Notes under the pieces: model-generated
The model's input: the letters and a program-made list of their open reading frames with translations, nothing else
The model's database searches: none
What the model was told of the DNA's origin: nothing
Origin: an uncultured Acidobacteriota bacterium
GTDB lineage: Bacteria > Acidobacteriota > Vicinamibacteria > Vicinamibacterales > UBA2999
Length of the DNA: 64,000 nt
Assembly (NCBI GenBank): GCA_963707795.1
Contig: OY970174.1
Location: 2,906,206 to 2,970,205, forward strand
Reading direction: 5' to 3'
Part shown: in pieces, positions 9,938 through 21,200 of the stretch
How positions within the stretch are numbered: position 1 is the stretch's first letter
How the letters are laid out: every line of letters begins with the position of its first letter
Translations under genes and position numbers: made by a program

Positions 9938-10426
9938 ATGCGCCCCCTGCGGTATTTGTACGTACTGTCCCTCGTGCTGTGGGTGGGCGGTATGGCGGTC
10001 GCAGGGCTGGTGGTGGCGCCGGCGACGTTCGGGGTGCTCGAAGCCTGGGATCCCGAAACCGGCCGCGTCCTCGCCGGCCAGGTGTTCGGCGCCGTCCTGC
10101 AGCGGATCCATCTCATCGGCGCGGTCGCCGCCGTGGTCATGTTCGTCGTGCTCACCGTCCTGCGCATGCTGGGTCCCCGGCCCATGCACTACGGCATCCG
10201 CGTCGGCCTGCTCGGCCTGATGCTGGTCCTGACGCTGTACGCGGGGTGGGTGCTCGCACCGCGCATCGATCAGCTGCAGGCGACGGTGACCGGGCCGATG
10301 AGCCAGTTGGCGTCCGACGACGCCCGGCGGGTGGAGTTCGATGCGTTGCACGGCCGCTCGACGACCGTGGTCATGGCGACGATGGCGGTGGGGCTGCTGC
10401 TGCTCGGGTGGGAGACCCGGGAGTAG
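9938..10426 (+). CDS. DUF4149-like membrane protein
   Basis: Four hydrophobic helices; LWVGG..VVAP..F and F..LH..S motifs. TATAAT lies 6 nt upstream. Confidence 0.8.
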   Translation: MRPLRYLYVLSLVLWVGGMAVAGLVVAPATFGVLEAWDPETGRVLAGQVFGAVLQRIHLIGAVAAVVMFVVLTVLRMLGPRPMHYGIRVGLLGLMLVLTLYAGWVLAPRIDQLQATVTGPMSQLASDDARRVEFDALHGRSTTVVMATMAVGLLLLGWETRE

Positions 10427-10450
10427 GCTCGGGAGCAGGGGACAACGCGC

Positions 10451-10911
10451 ATGGCAGTGACAACGTACGACGACATCCTGCGGGGCCTGACCGAGAGCAT
10501 CGCGCGGGCGGCATCGCCCGAGGAAGCGATGGAGCACACCGTGCACGTGCTCAAGACCGAGGTGCCGGACTACACCTGGGTAGGCATCTACCGGCTCGAA
10601 GGTGCCGAGCTGGTGCTCGGACCGTTTCGCGGCAAGCCCTCCCCGCACACCAGAATCCCGCTCGACCGCGGCATCTGCGGCGCCGCCGCCTCACAGCAAC
10701 AGACCGTCGTCGTCGACGACGTGGACGCCGACCCGCGGTACCTCGCCTGCAGCCTGGAGACCCGGTCCGAGATCGTCGTCCCGATCATGCGCGGTGCGAC
10801 CGTGCTCGGCGAGATCGACATCGACAGCGACAAAAAGGCCGCCTTCGGCCCGGCCGACCGCGAGTTGCTCGAGGCCGTCGCGGCGCTGCTGGCGAGAAAG
10901 CTGCCGGCGCG

Positions 10912-10915
<4 letters not shown>
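10451..10915 (+). CDS. GAF-domain protein (free methionine-R-sulfoxide reductase MsrC-like)
   Basis: WVGIY, LGPFRG, GICGAAA, YLAC, SEIVVP and EIDIDS motifs. Confidence 0.85.
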
Positions 10916-11925
<1,010 letters not shown>

Positions 11926-12002
11926 CCGAGCGTGCAAACCCGCGGCGGCCGGCGGCGGGACGGCGGCGCCCGCGGGAATCCGGCGTGCTATATTCCAACC
12001 GT

Positions 12003-13124
12003 TTGACCGACGATCTGACCGCGGCCGTGCTCGCGCGCGAGGAAGTCGCGCGCTATCTCTCGGGCAGCCACGGCCTGAGCGGGGACGAAGCGCGCGAGCG
12101 GGTGATCACCTACCTCGAGGAGCTGCGCACCACGCAGCGCTACGAGCTCTATCGCGCCCTCGAGTATCCGCTGTATCCCATCCTGCGCAAGATCGAGCGC
12201 GTGGGCGAGAACGTTGCCGGCGCCGTCGAAGCCGCCCGCCGTCACCGCATCGTCTATGCCTCGAATCACCGCAGCCACACCGACTACCTCGTCGAGCCGC
12301 TGGTCCTGGACGACGCCGGGATCCGGCCGCCGATCATCGCCGCCGGCATCAACCTGTTCGGCGGGCCGCTGGGTTTCATCCACAAATACGTCACCGGGGC
12401 GCTGCCCATCCGCCGCAACACCAAGGACCCCGCCTACCTGATCACGCTCAAGGCGTATGTCGGCGAGTTGCTGCGCACGCACGACCTGTTCTTCTACCCG
12501 GAAGGCGGACGCAGCTACAGCGGCGAGCTGAAGTCGAGCAAGGTCGGCTTGTTCAGCGCCTGCCTGCACTCCGACGTGCACAACCTGGTGTTCCTGCCGA
12601 CGGCAGTGGCCTACGACCTGGTGCTGGAGGATCACATCCTGGCCCGGCAGAAGGTCAAGCGCCGGCAGCGGCCGTTCAGCCGCGAGATCGCCGAGATGGT
12701 CCGCTTCGCCGTCGGCTACCGGAGCCGCGCGTTCGTCACCTTCGGCCGGCCGATTCCCGTCGACGCCTACGATCCCTCGTCCCGGCGATCGGTCCTCGAG
12801 TTGTCGCACGTGGTGCGCACGGCCATTGGCCGGCTGTACAAGGTGCTGCCGACGGCGCTGGTGGCCTCGGCGATGCGGCCGTCGATCGCGCGCCGCGACC
12901 TGGTCGACCGGGTCGATTCGACGCTCGACACCCTGCGCGCCGTCGGCGCCAACCTGGCGGTGACCAGCGGCGAGGAAGCGGTCGACGCGGCGGCGGACGC
13001 GTTCGTCGCCCGCGGCATTCTGGTGATCGAGAATGGCCGCTTCCGCGTGCGCGAGCGCCACGTCCTCCGCTACTACGGGCGATCGATCCAGCACCTGCTC
13101 GCCCCAGACGGCCCGACCCACTGA
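12003..13124 (+). CDS. Glycerol-3-phosphate/lysophospholipid acyltransferase (PlsB/PlsC superfamily)
   Basis: HxxxxD (NHRSHTD), IAAGINL, FYPEGGRS. Start uncertain: TTG 12003 after TGnTATATT, or GTG 11922. Confidence 0.85.
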   Translation: MTDDLTAAVLAREEVARYLSGSHGLSGDEARERVITYLEELRTTQRYELYRALEYPLYPILRKIERVGENVAGAVEAARRHRIVYASNHRSHTDYLVEPLVLDDAGIRPPIIAAGINLFGGPLGFIHKYVTGALPIRRNTKDPAYLITLKAYVGELLRTHDLFFYPEGGRSYSGELKSSKVGLFSACLHSDVHNLVFLPTAVAYDLVLEDHILARQKVKRRQRPFSREIAEMVRFAVGYRSRAFVTFGRPIPVDAYDPSSRRSVLELSHVVRTAIGRLYKVLPTALVASAMRPSIARRDLVDRVDSTLDTLRAVGANLAVTSGEEAVDAAADAFVARGILVIENGRFRVRERHVLRYYGRSIQHLLAPDGPTH

Positions 13125-14059
13125 TGGTGGACGCGGCCGCGAGGGCGTTCTTCCACGCGCTCGCACAAGTTCAGATCCTGCAGCGGCTGGCCTCGCGCTA
13201 CGGGATGGCCGCGGACGGGGGGTTCGCCCGCCGCTTCATCGCCGGCGAATCGGTCGACGAGGCCATCGCCGCCGTGCGTACGATCGCCGACCGCGGCCTG
13301 CTGCTGACGCTGGATTACCTCGGCGAGAGCGTCAAGACCGTCGAGGAGGCCGACGCCGCCACCCGCGATTACCGCCGCATCCTCGAGGCCATCGTCGCCT
13401 CCGGCATCGAGCGCAACGTCTCGCTCAAGCTGACGCAGCTCGGGCTCGACGTCGACCGCGCCACCTGCGTGGACAACCTCCGCCGCATCCTCGAGCCCGC
13501 CACGGAGCACGGGTTCTTCGTGCGCATCGACATGGAGAACTCGCCGTACACCGAGGTGACGCTGCAGATCTTCGAGACGCTGTGGCAGCAGGGCCACCAC
13601 AATATCGGCGTCGTGCTGCAGTCGTACCTGATGCGCAGCGACGAGGACGCGGCGCGGGTCGGCGCCGTCGGCGGCCGCATCCGGCTGGTGAAGGGGGCGT
13701 ACAAGGAGCCGAAGACCGTCGCCTACCAGAAGAAGAGCGAAGTCGACGAGGCGTTCGTGCGCCTGATGCGGACGCTGCTCGACCACGGGCACTACCCCGC
13801 CATCGCCACGCACGACCCCGCGATGATCGACGCCACCAAGGCCTACGCCGCCGAGCGCGGCTACGCGAAAGACCGCTTCGAGTTCCAGATGCTGTACGGA
13901 ATCCGCCGCGACCTGCAGGCGTCGCTCGCCGCCGAAGGCTACCGGATGCGCATCTACGTGCCGTTCGGCAGGCAGTGGTTCCCCTATTTCATGCGCCGGC
14001 TCGGCGAACGGCCGGCCAACGTCGGCTTCGTGCTGCGCAGCCTGTTCAGGGAAAACTAG
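13124..14059 (+). CDS. Monofunctional proline dehydrogenase
   Basis: RRFIAGE, DYLGE, SLKLTQLG, RIDME, RLVKGAY, IATHD, EFQMLYGIR, YFMRRLGERPAN. Confidence 0.95.
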   Translation: MVDAAARAFFHALAQVQILQRLASRYGMAADGGFARRFIAGESVDEAIAAVRTIADRGLLLTLDYLGESVKTVEEADAATRDYRRILEAIVASGIERNVSLKLTQLGLDVDRATCVDNLRRILEPATEHGFFVRIDMENSPYTEVTLQIFETLWQQGHHNIGVVLQSYLMRSDEDAARVGAVGGRIRLVKGAYKEPKTVAYQKKSEVDEAFVRLMRTLLDHGHYPAIATHDPAMIDATKAYAAERGYAKDRFEFQMLYGIRRDLQASLAAEGYRMRIYVPFGRQWFPYFMRRLGERPANVGFVLRSLFREN

Positions 14060-14425
14060 GGGCCAGGCTTCAGGGGCCACGTTTCAGGCGTCAGGCTTCA
14101 GGCTTCAGGCTCCAGGGCCAAGGCCTCAGGCTCCAGGCTTCAGGGGCCAGGGCCCAGGCTGCAGGCCCCAGGCCCCTCCCTCGAGTGCGCTCGTCGCCGA
14201 AGTTCGCGCGTTCCTGACTGAGAAGCAACGCGACCCGGCTCCCCGGGTCTGGGCCCTGAGGCCTGAGGCCTGGGCCTGAGGCCTGAGGCCTGGGCCTGAA
14301 GCCTGGCGCCTGACGCCTGAAGCCTGAGGCCCTGAAGCCTGAAGCCTGAAGCCTGAGCGCCTGAGCCGAGCCTGAAGCCTGGAGCCTGAAGCCTGAAGCC
14401 TGGCGCCTGGGCCCTGGGGCCCTGC
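14060..14425. repeat. Two inverted arrays of a degenerate heptamer (CAGGCTT/CAGGCYC) between convergent genes
   Basis: Left arm ~14060-14176 reads (caggctt)n-like. Right arm ~14247-14425 reads (aagcctg/aggcctg)n. A unique spacer of ~70 nt separates them. Confidence 0.9.
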
Positions 14426-15562
14426 CTAAAGGCACCACGCGCGCGCGAGGTGGACCAGGGCATCGCGGCAGGTCAGCACCGACTGGACGTCCACCCATTC
14501 CTCGAGCTCGTGCAGGCCCGCGCCGGTCGGACCGAAGAGCACCGACGGAATGCCAGCGGCGCCGAGGATCGCCGCGTCGGTCCAGAAGCTCATGCCGATT
14601 GTGGGGCTCGCCGTACCGGCGGCGCCCGCCGCGGCGACCAGCGCCGCGGGCAGGTCGTGTCCGGGCGCAATCTCGTACGGGGCTCGGGCGAACAGGCTGT
14701 GGCTCGTGGCGTCGAAGTCCGGATCGGCAGCGCGCAGCTGGTCGAGGATCGCCGCCACTTCGTGCCCGGCCACGCCGTCGGGTTCACCCGGAATCGTCCG
14801 CCGCTCCATCTGCAGCCGGCAGCGATCCGGATAGCTGCTCAGCTCCCGGCCGCCGTCGATCAGCGACGCGTGCAGCGACGCCGTGCCCAGCAGGGCATGC
14901 GCGGCGCCCGCCTGCAGACGCCGGTCGAGCGCCTCCAGCGCCTGCAGCACCCGTCCCATGCGCAGGATGGCGTCGCGGCCGTCCCGCGGCCGGCTGCCGT
15001 GCGCGGCGCGGCCCCGGGTCTCGATCGCCACCCACTCGAAGCCCTTGTGCGCGACGGCCACCGCCAGCTCGGTCGGCTCGGTCACGACCCCCGCGTCGGC
15101 GCGCCACGCGGTGACGAGCGCATCGGCGCCGATGCTGCCGTGCTCCTCGTCCACGACGCAGGCGACGACGATGCGGCCGGCGGCGAGGCCGCCCGATTCG
15201 GCAATCACCCGGGCAGCGCCGATCATCGCCGCCACTCCGCCCTTCATATCCTGGGCGCCGCGGCCGTATATCCGGCCGCCTCGCGCCGCCGACGCGAACG
15301 GCGCCGCCATGCCGGCAATGCCGACGGTGTCGGTGTGGCCGCAGAGCATCAGGGATCGCCCAGGGGAGCGACCGTCGAGCACGCCGATCACGTTCGGCCG
15401 CCCGGGCGCCACCTCCTGCACGTGCGTGTCGAGGCCGATCGCGCGCAGTTCCTGCACCAGCGCGCGTGCGATCTCGGCCTCGCCGCTGGCGCCGGCGACC
15501 AGCACCGGGTTGACCGAGTCGATGGCGACGAGCCGTTCGAGCAGGCGAATGGTGGGATCCAT
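14426..15562 (-). CDS. ArgE/DapE family (M20) deacylase
   Basis: LCGHTDTV, GRGAQDMKGG, VDEE, TEPT, GRAAHGS, FWTDAA, GLHELEE. Confidence 0.92.
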   Translation of the reverse strand: MDPTIRLLERLVAIDSVNPVLVAGASGEAEIARALVQELRAIGLDTHVQEVAPGRPNVIGVLDGRSPGRSLMLCGHTDTVGIAGMAAPFASAARGGRIYGRGAQDMKGGVAAMIGAARVIAESGGLAAGRIVVACVVDEEHGSIGADALVTAWRADAGVVTEPTELAVAVAHKGFEWVAIETRGRAAHGSRPRDGRDAILRMGRVLQALEALDRRLQAGAAHALLGTASLHASLIDGGRELSSYPDRCRLQMERRTIPGEPDGVAGHEVAAILDQLRAADPDFDATSHSLFARAPYEIAPGHDLPAALVAAAGAAGTASPTIGMSFWTDAAILGAAGIPSVLFGPTGAGLHELEEWVDVQSVLTCRDALVHLARAWCL

Positions 15563-15564
15563 GG

Positions 15565-16746
15565 TCACATGCGCCCGCCACGCACCCAGGTGGTGGTGCC
15601 GACGGTCACGGTGATATCGGTGAAGAAGTTCCAGCGCACGTATCCGCCAGTCACGGTGCCGCCGAGCTCGGAGTTGTCGCCCAGCGACAGGCGGACGACT
15701 CCGGCCCCGTAGCCGTAATAGGGAATCCACCCGCCGCGCTCGGGGACGGCGAGGAGTGGGTTGAAGCCGAGGGCGAACTCGCGGAAGGCGCGGCCGGCGG
15801 CGCCGGCTTTCTGCATCTCTGCGTCCACCGCCTCGCGGCCCGTGGCTGCGCGCACGTCGACCACGCGCCCGCGCGCGAAACGCAGTGTCAGCCCCTCCAC
15901 CGGACGTCCGTCCCACTGCGAGGGCGGAAACGCGATGACGCCCTCGACCGTCTCTTCGATCGGCGCGACGCGGATCGCGCCCGCGGGCAGCTCGATCTCC
16001 TTGTCGATCAGCACCACGCCGGCAGCCGCTCGCGCCGCCGACGCGTTGCCGTCCTGGACGCTGATCGGCCGGCTGCCGACGCGGAAGCGCAGGTCGGTCC
16101 CCGCGGGCGACGTCAGGTGCACCTCCTGGTCCCGCAGCGCCTCGGCGAACCGGCGCTGCGCCGCCGCCAGCGCCGGGTAATCGGTATCGAGCAGGGCGCG
16201 CTGGTAGACCGTCTCGATGGCAATGCGGTCGGGCAGCGGCTGCCCGGGCAGCGCGTAGGCGCTGTTCCCCTCGACCCAGTGGAAGTGAATGGTGCGCCGG
16301 CCGCGCCGCTCGCCGAGGTCGTCGGCGAGCCAGTCCTGCATGGCGAGGTAGGCGGGGTGCGCGGTGCTGGCGCCGGGCATCATGATCGCGGCGTCCACGT
16401 CGCGGAACATGGCCTTGTAGTGCGCGCGCGCCGCGGCGGCGCCGGCCCGCAGCACGGCCGGATCGAACGCCTCCGGGACCGGCTCGGCCAGGACCTCGAC
16501 CACGCCCAGGTCGACGCCGCCGGCGCGCATCACCTCGTAGCGCAGGTGAGGCACGAGCGCCGCGAACGTGCCGGGGTGCGCGACCGACAGCACGCGCTCA
16601 CCCGGCTGCAGCGCCAGCTGCGTGACCAGCCGCCGCGCCATCGCCGCGTAGTCGAGCGTCAGGCGCGGCTGCGCGTCCGGCGCCGACCCCCATGCCGCCA
16701 GCAGCGCGGCGAGCAGCGCCCACGACTTGCGGCCCACGCCGGTCAC
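15565..16746 (-). CDS. Secreted aminopeptidase-like protein (M29/AmpS fold, metal ligands substituted)
   Basis: Signal peptide; SPAGTDLRF, ELPAGAIRVAP, EFALGFN, LSLGDN. Start GTG 16746 or 16737. Confidence 0.7.
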   Translation of the reverse strand: MTGVGRKSWALLAALLAAWGSAPDAQPRLTLDYAAMARRLVTQLALQPGERVLSVAHPGTFAALVPHLRYEVMRAGGVDLGVVEVLAEPVPEAFDPAVLRAGAAAARAHYKAMFRDVDAAIMMPGASTAHPAYLAMQDWLADDLGERRGRRTIHFHWVEGNSAYALPGQPLPDRIAIETVYQRALLDTDYPALAAAQRRFAEALRDQEVHLTSPAGTDLRFRVGSRPISVQDGNASAARAAAGVVLIDKEIELPAGAIRVAPIEETVEGVIAFPPSQWDGRPVEGLTLRFARGRVVDVRAATGREAVDAEMQKAGAAGRAFREFALGFNPLLAVPERGGWIPYYGYGAGVVRLSLGDNSELGGTVTGGYVRWNFFTDITVTVGTTTWVRGGRM

Positions 16747-17075
16747 GCCGGCTTGCGCGCGTCCACGCGGAGCCGGTGGTTGAGCCGGTGGTATTCCCGG
16801 CGAATGGCCTTGAGCGCCTCGTGGTCGTGCGCCTCGATCGCCTGCTGCCGCCGGCCGCGCAGCTCGCGCATGCGGCCGCGCGCGGCGGCCTTGATCTCGC
16901 CGTGCGCGGTGTGATGCTCGTGCGCGTCGATGCCGAGCGCCGTGCACAACGCCGGCAGCAGGTGGTCCTTGTTCATCTGCGTGAACCCCTGCACCGCGTC
17001 GTGCGGCAGGTCCTTGGCGATGTCACGCAGCTCCGCGATGGTCATCTTCTTCAGCGAATGATAGGTGTGGTCCAT
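16743..17075 (-). CDS. Small His-rich helical protein with Rho-N/HeH-like N-terminus
   Basis: LKKMTIAELRDIAK...MNKDHLL pattern. GGAGGA RBS. Confidence 0.7.
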   Translation of the reverse strand: MDHTYHSLKKMTIAELRDIAKDLPHDAVQGFTQMNKDHLLPALCTALGIDAHEHHTAHGEIKAAARGRMRELRGRRQQAIEAHDHEALKAIRREYHRLNHRLRVDARKPA

Positions 17076-17138
17076 GGCCTCGATCCTCCATGTCCAGACG
17101 TCGCCCAGCCGGATCCTATCTCGTTTCGTGCGCGCGGC

Positions 17139-17684
17139 TCACGACGGCGGCGGATACTTCGCCGCCAGCCGGCGCACGGTGTTGACGTTGCGCAGGGTGG
17201 CAGGGCCGCCGAGGGCCTTCTCCAGCGTGGCGCCGGAGACGATCGACTGCATCGACGGCGTCCGGCACAGCCAGTAGAGCTCGCGCCCTTTCACCCGGAA
17301 CTCGTCGGTGGGCGTGGTCAGCGCCGCGATCCGGGCGCGCGCGGCGGCCGGGGGCGCCCCCCGGAGGAAGCCTACGAAGAGGCGGCCGCCCGCGGGCACC
17401 GGCCGTGCGAACGGGTGGCAAGCGGCCACCGCCGCGACCTCCGCCGTCGACCGCACGAACGTGATGACCGGGTACCCCAGCGCCGTCTGCAGCCGCCGCT
17501 CGATCGACGACTCCAACGCCGCCGCCGTTGCCCGCGACCGGAAGACGACGTTGCCGCTGGCGATGAAGGTCGCGACCTCGGCGAAGCCGAGCTCCTCGAA
17601 CAGCGACGCCAGCGCCGCCATCTTCACGACACGGCCGCCGACGTTGATGGCGCGGAGGAAGGCAATGTGCTGTGGCGCACTCAC
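17139..17684 (-). CDS. DUF1697 domain protein
   Basis: AFLRAINVGG, VATFIASGNVVF and T.RN.NTV motifs. GTGA overlap with the GNAT gene. Confidence 0.9.
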   Translation of the reverse strand: MSAPQHIAFLRAINVGGRVVKMAALASLFEELGFAEVATFIASGNVVFRSRATAAALESSIERRLQTALGYPVITFVRSTAEVAAVAACHPFARPVPAGGRLFVGFLRGAPPAAARARIAALTTPTDEFRVKGRELYWLCRTPSMQSIVSGATLEKALGGPATLRNVNTVRRLAAKYPPPS

Positions 17685-18244
17685 GACCCGCCCTCCACCG
17701 CCTCCAGATCCTCGACCCCGGCGAGCGTCCGATGCATCACGTAGACGTCGACATCGCCCAGCGTGGCGTGCCGGAACGCACGCGGCACCGTCCCGACGAT
17801 GTCGAAGCCCAGGCTCCGCCACAGCGCCACGGCGGGCGTGTTGGTGCTGACGACGAAGTTGAACTGCATGGCCACGAAGCCCGCGCGACGCGCCTCGCGC
17901 AGGCAGTGCAGCCCCATCCGCCGGCCGATGCCGCGGCCGCTGCAGGCCGGCGCGACCATGAACGACGCATTGGCCACGTGCGCGCCCCGATCCCGCCGGT
18001 TGGGGATCAGTTTGTACATCCCGACCACCTCGCCGTCCTGCTCCGCCACCCAGGTCGCAATCTCCGGTCCCAGAAAGTAGGCGCGGGCATCGTCTTGCGA
18101 GGTGTCCGCCGCGAACACATAGCTGTCGCCGCGCGCGACCACCGCCGCGAAGATCGCCCACATGCCGGGAAAATCGCCTTCGCACGCCGGGCGGATCGTG
18201 ACGCCGTTCTTCGCTCCGTTCTTCGTTCCGAGTTCCCCGTTCAA
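17681..18244 (-). CDS. GNAT family N-acetyltransferase
   Basis: HVANASFMV, GRGIGR, MQFNFVVSTN..AVALW..LGF. Start uncertain. Confidence 0.9.
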   Translation of the reverse strand: MNGELGTKNGAKNGVTIRPACEGDFPGMWAIFAAVVARGDSYVFAADTSQDDARAYFLGPEIATWVAEQDGEVVGMYKLIPNRRDRGAHVANASFMVAPACSGRGIGRRMGLHCLREARRAGFVAMQFNFVVSTNTPAVALWRSLGFDIVGTVPRAFRHATLGDVDVYVMHRTLAGVEDLEAVEGGS

Positions 18245-18245
18245 G

Positions 18246-18280
18246 TGCTTCGTCCTTCGTCCTTCGTTCTTAGTTCTTCG
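18246..18280 (-). repeat. Short heptamer array (GAACGAA/GGACGAA family) at the amidohydrolase stop codon
   Basis: Minus strand reads gaactaagaacgaaggacgaaggacgaag. The same 15-mer GAACTAAGAACGAAG occurs at ~63016 on the + strand. Confidence 0.65.
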
Positions 18281-21200
18281 GCATCTTCTCTGCCAGCTCG
18301 TCCGGGTCGTACAGGCGTCCCGCCTTCATGACCCGAGCCACGTCGATCGTGCGGGTGATGTCGGTTCGCGGATCGGTGTTGAGAATCACCAGGTCCGCGA
18401 TCTTGCCGGCTTCGATGCTGCCCAGGTCGGCGCCGACCCCCAGCAACTCGGCGTTGCCGCGCGTCACGGCGCGCAGCGCGTCCATCGCCGGCATGCCGCC
18501 GTCCACGAACGACCAGAGCTCCCAGTGCAGGCCCAGCCCCGGGTGGTTGCCGTGGCCGCCGACGCCGAGCAGGCCGCCGGCCTTGTAGACCTCGTAGGCG
18601 CTGCGCGCCGCCGTCCGGTAGAAGTACTGGTCCTCGGGAATCAGGATCCGGATGGTGGTGAACCGATCGAGCAGGTCGTGGGGCATGAAGCGGCGGGCGC
18701 GCGGGTCGTCGTGCACGTCCTGGGTCGCATAGTAGTGCTCCATCGATCCCGGCTTGGCGTAGCCGGCCACGAAGGTCGGCGTATAAGCGGTCTTCGAACG
18801 CGCCAGCAGCTGCACCATGTCCTGGTAGAGCGGCGCGACCGGAATGCCGTGCTCGAAGTTGGTGAACCCGTCCAGGATCATCGTGGTCTGCACCTTGAGG
18901 CCGCCGCCTTCCGCCGTGATCATCAGCCCCTCCTCGCGGGCCGCCTGCTGCAGCCACTGCCGCTGCTCCCGGCGCGGCTGCAGGTACTGCTTCAGCCACT
19001 GGACGCCGTTGCGTTTCAGCCGCCGCACGTGCCGGCGCGCATCGTCCAGGTTCTCGACCACCACCACCTGATTGGCGCCGCCTTCACGTCCGAAGAAGAG
19101 CGGCCACCCTGTCCCGAACACCCGCGGACCGACCAGGTCGCCGGTCTCGACCATGTCCGCCTGCGCCACCGTGTCCCGCGTCGGCGCCGATACCTCGCGC
19201 CCGGTGGTCAGCCCGTAGGCGAGGTCGGCCAGGTACTGCCACTTGTGCGCCGGGAAGATCTCCTGCCCCTGGTAGTGACCATGCCAGTGCGCGTCCACCA
19301 GCCCGGGGAGAATGGTCTTGCCCCGCACGTCCACGACTTGCGCGTCGCGCGGCGCTGAGAGGCTCCCGGAGCGGCCGACGGCTGCGATGCGGCCGGAGGT
19401 GACCAGCACGTCGCCTTCCTCGATGACCTCGTCACCGCCCATCGTGATCAGCCGCGCGCCCTGCAGGAGGGTGCTGCCCGACGGAATCGCGCGCGGCGAG
19501 GTGACCTCGAGGCGCACCGATTCGACCTCGGCTTGCGCGCCGCTGCCGTCCACGGCGCCGACGCGCTGGCGGTAGGCCACGTTCGCGTAGCACCAGGTCA
19601 GGCGTCCCTCCCGGTCCCAGTCGAGATAGCCGCCCCCGTCGCGGGTGATCGTCTGCAGCGGCAGCAGCGGGCGGTCGAGATCGACCTCGAACGGTTCGTC
19701 CCCGGTCGCTGGCAGGCGCGTGACGTAGACCTCGTCCATCGAGACGAACGCGAGGTGGCGCTCGTCGGGTGAGAGGACGGCCTCTTCGACGTAACGGAAG
19801 CGCGCATGGGCGCGTCGATCGCCGCCGTCGAGCGCGACGCTGACGAGATCGTTGCGCGTGGCCGACGAGGCCGTGATGAAGTACAGCCGCGTGCCATCGG
19901 CCGAGAAGCGCGGGATCGGGTACCACCGCCCCGTCGTGCGCGGGCGCACCGTCGTCACCGTGCGCGACTCGCCGCCCTCCGCCGGGACCCAGACGATGGC
20001 GTGCCACGCGTCGTCTTCCCAGACATTGGCGCTGCTGCCGACGTTGGGCGGCCGCCACGACACCGCGATTCGCGACCCGTCGGGCGACCACGCCGGGTTC
20101 GCATACTGCCGCGCGATGCGCGTCACCTGCACCGGCCGGCGCTCGCCCGCGGCCGCGAGCGGAACTTTCCACACGTGCCCGCCGGCGGCCTCGTCCCAGG
20201 TGACGTAGGCCACCCAGGCGCCGTCAGGCGACAGGGCCGGGGCATATTCGCGCTGGTCGCCGCCGGTCAGTCGTGTCGGACGGACGCCGCGTCCGGCGAT
20301 CCAGATCTTGCCGAGCGCCTCGAACACCACTTGATCCTTCGGGGCGAACTGTACCCAGCGAACCACGCGGGCGGTGACCGGAGCGTCGGTGATGGCGACC
20401 GGGAACACCGGGCGCTCGGGAAGGTCGAGCGCCACGTCCGCCGTGAACGGAATGGCGGTCGCGGCCGAGCCGTCGATCGGGATGCGCTGGAACGTGCCCC
20501 CGCTGGCGAGCACGATGCTGCGGCCGTCGGGCATGAACGAGAACCCCGGATACGCGTCGTAGTCGGTGGTGCCGCGCTGGTCGTCGCGATCGAGGCCGGT
20601 GCGCAGGTCCCGCTCCACACCCGACTCGATGTCGCGGACGACCAGGGCGCTCTGGCCGTGATCGCGGCGGATGAACGCCAGATGCCGGCCATCCGGCGCG
20701 ATGGCGGGCCGCACCGCGCCGCGGTACCCCGTCGTCACCTGCGACACGTCGCCGGAACGCCGGTCCAGCCGCCACAACTGCCACGGCACCCAGGTGAAGT
20801 CGAGCACGCGGTTGCCGTGCGCGAAGTAGATCCAGCGGGCATCGGGGCTGAAGACCGGACCGTTGGGGTTGAAGCCGGGCTGCACCTCGCGCTCGGTGAG
20901 CCGCACGCCACGGCCACCGGCCCGGTGGTAGAGCCACAACTCCGCGGAACCGCGGCGGTTGAGCGTGGGGTCCTTGCGCACGACCACGTACTCGCCGTCG
21001 GGGGACCAGGCCGGCGCGGTCAGGCCGCCGTCGCGCTCCGCGGTCACCGCCAGGGCACCAGACCCGTCGGGGGCGACTGTCCAGATGTTGTCGCTGCCCG
21101 ATCGATCGCTGGCAAAGGCGATGCGCCGGCCGTCCGGCGCCCAGCGCGGCTGCGTGTCGTAGGCGTTTCCATCGGTGATGCGGGTCGCCCGGCCGCCGGC

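Noticed and set aside
14091-14498. ORFs with QASGFRL repeats
   Set aside because: They are translations of the heptamer DNA repeat in several frames, with no sign of a real protein.
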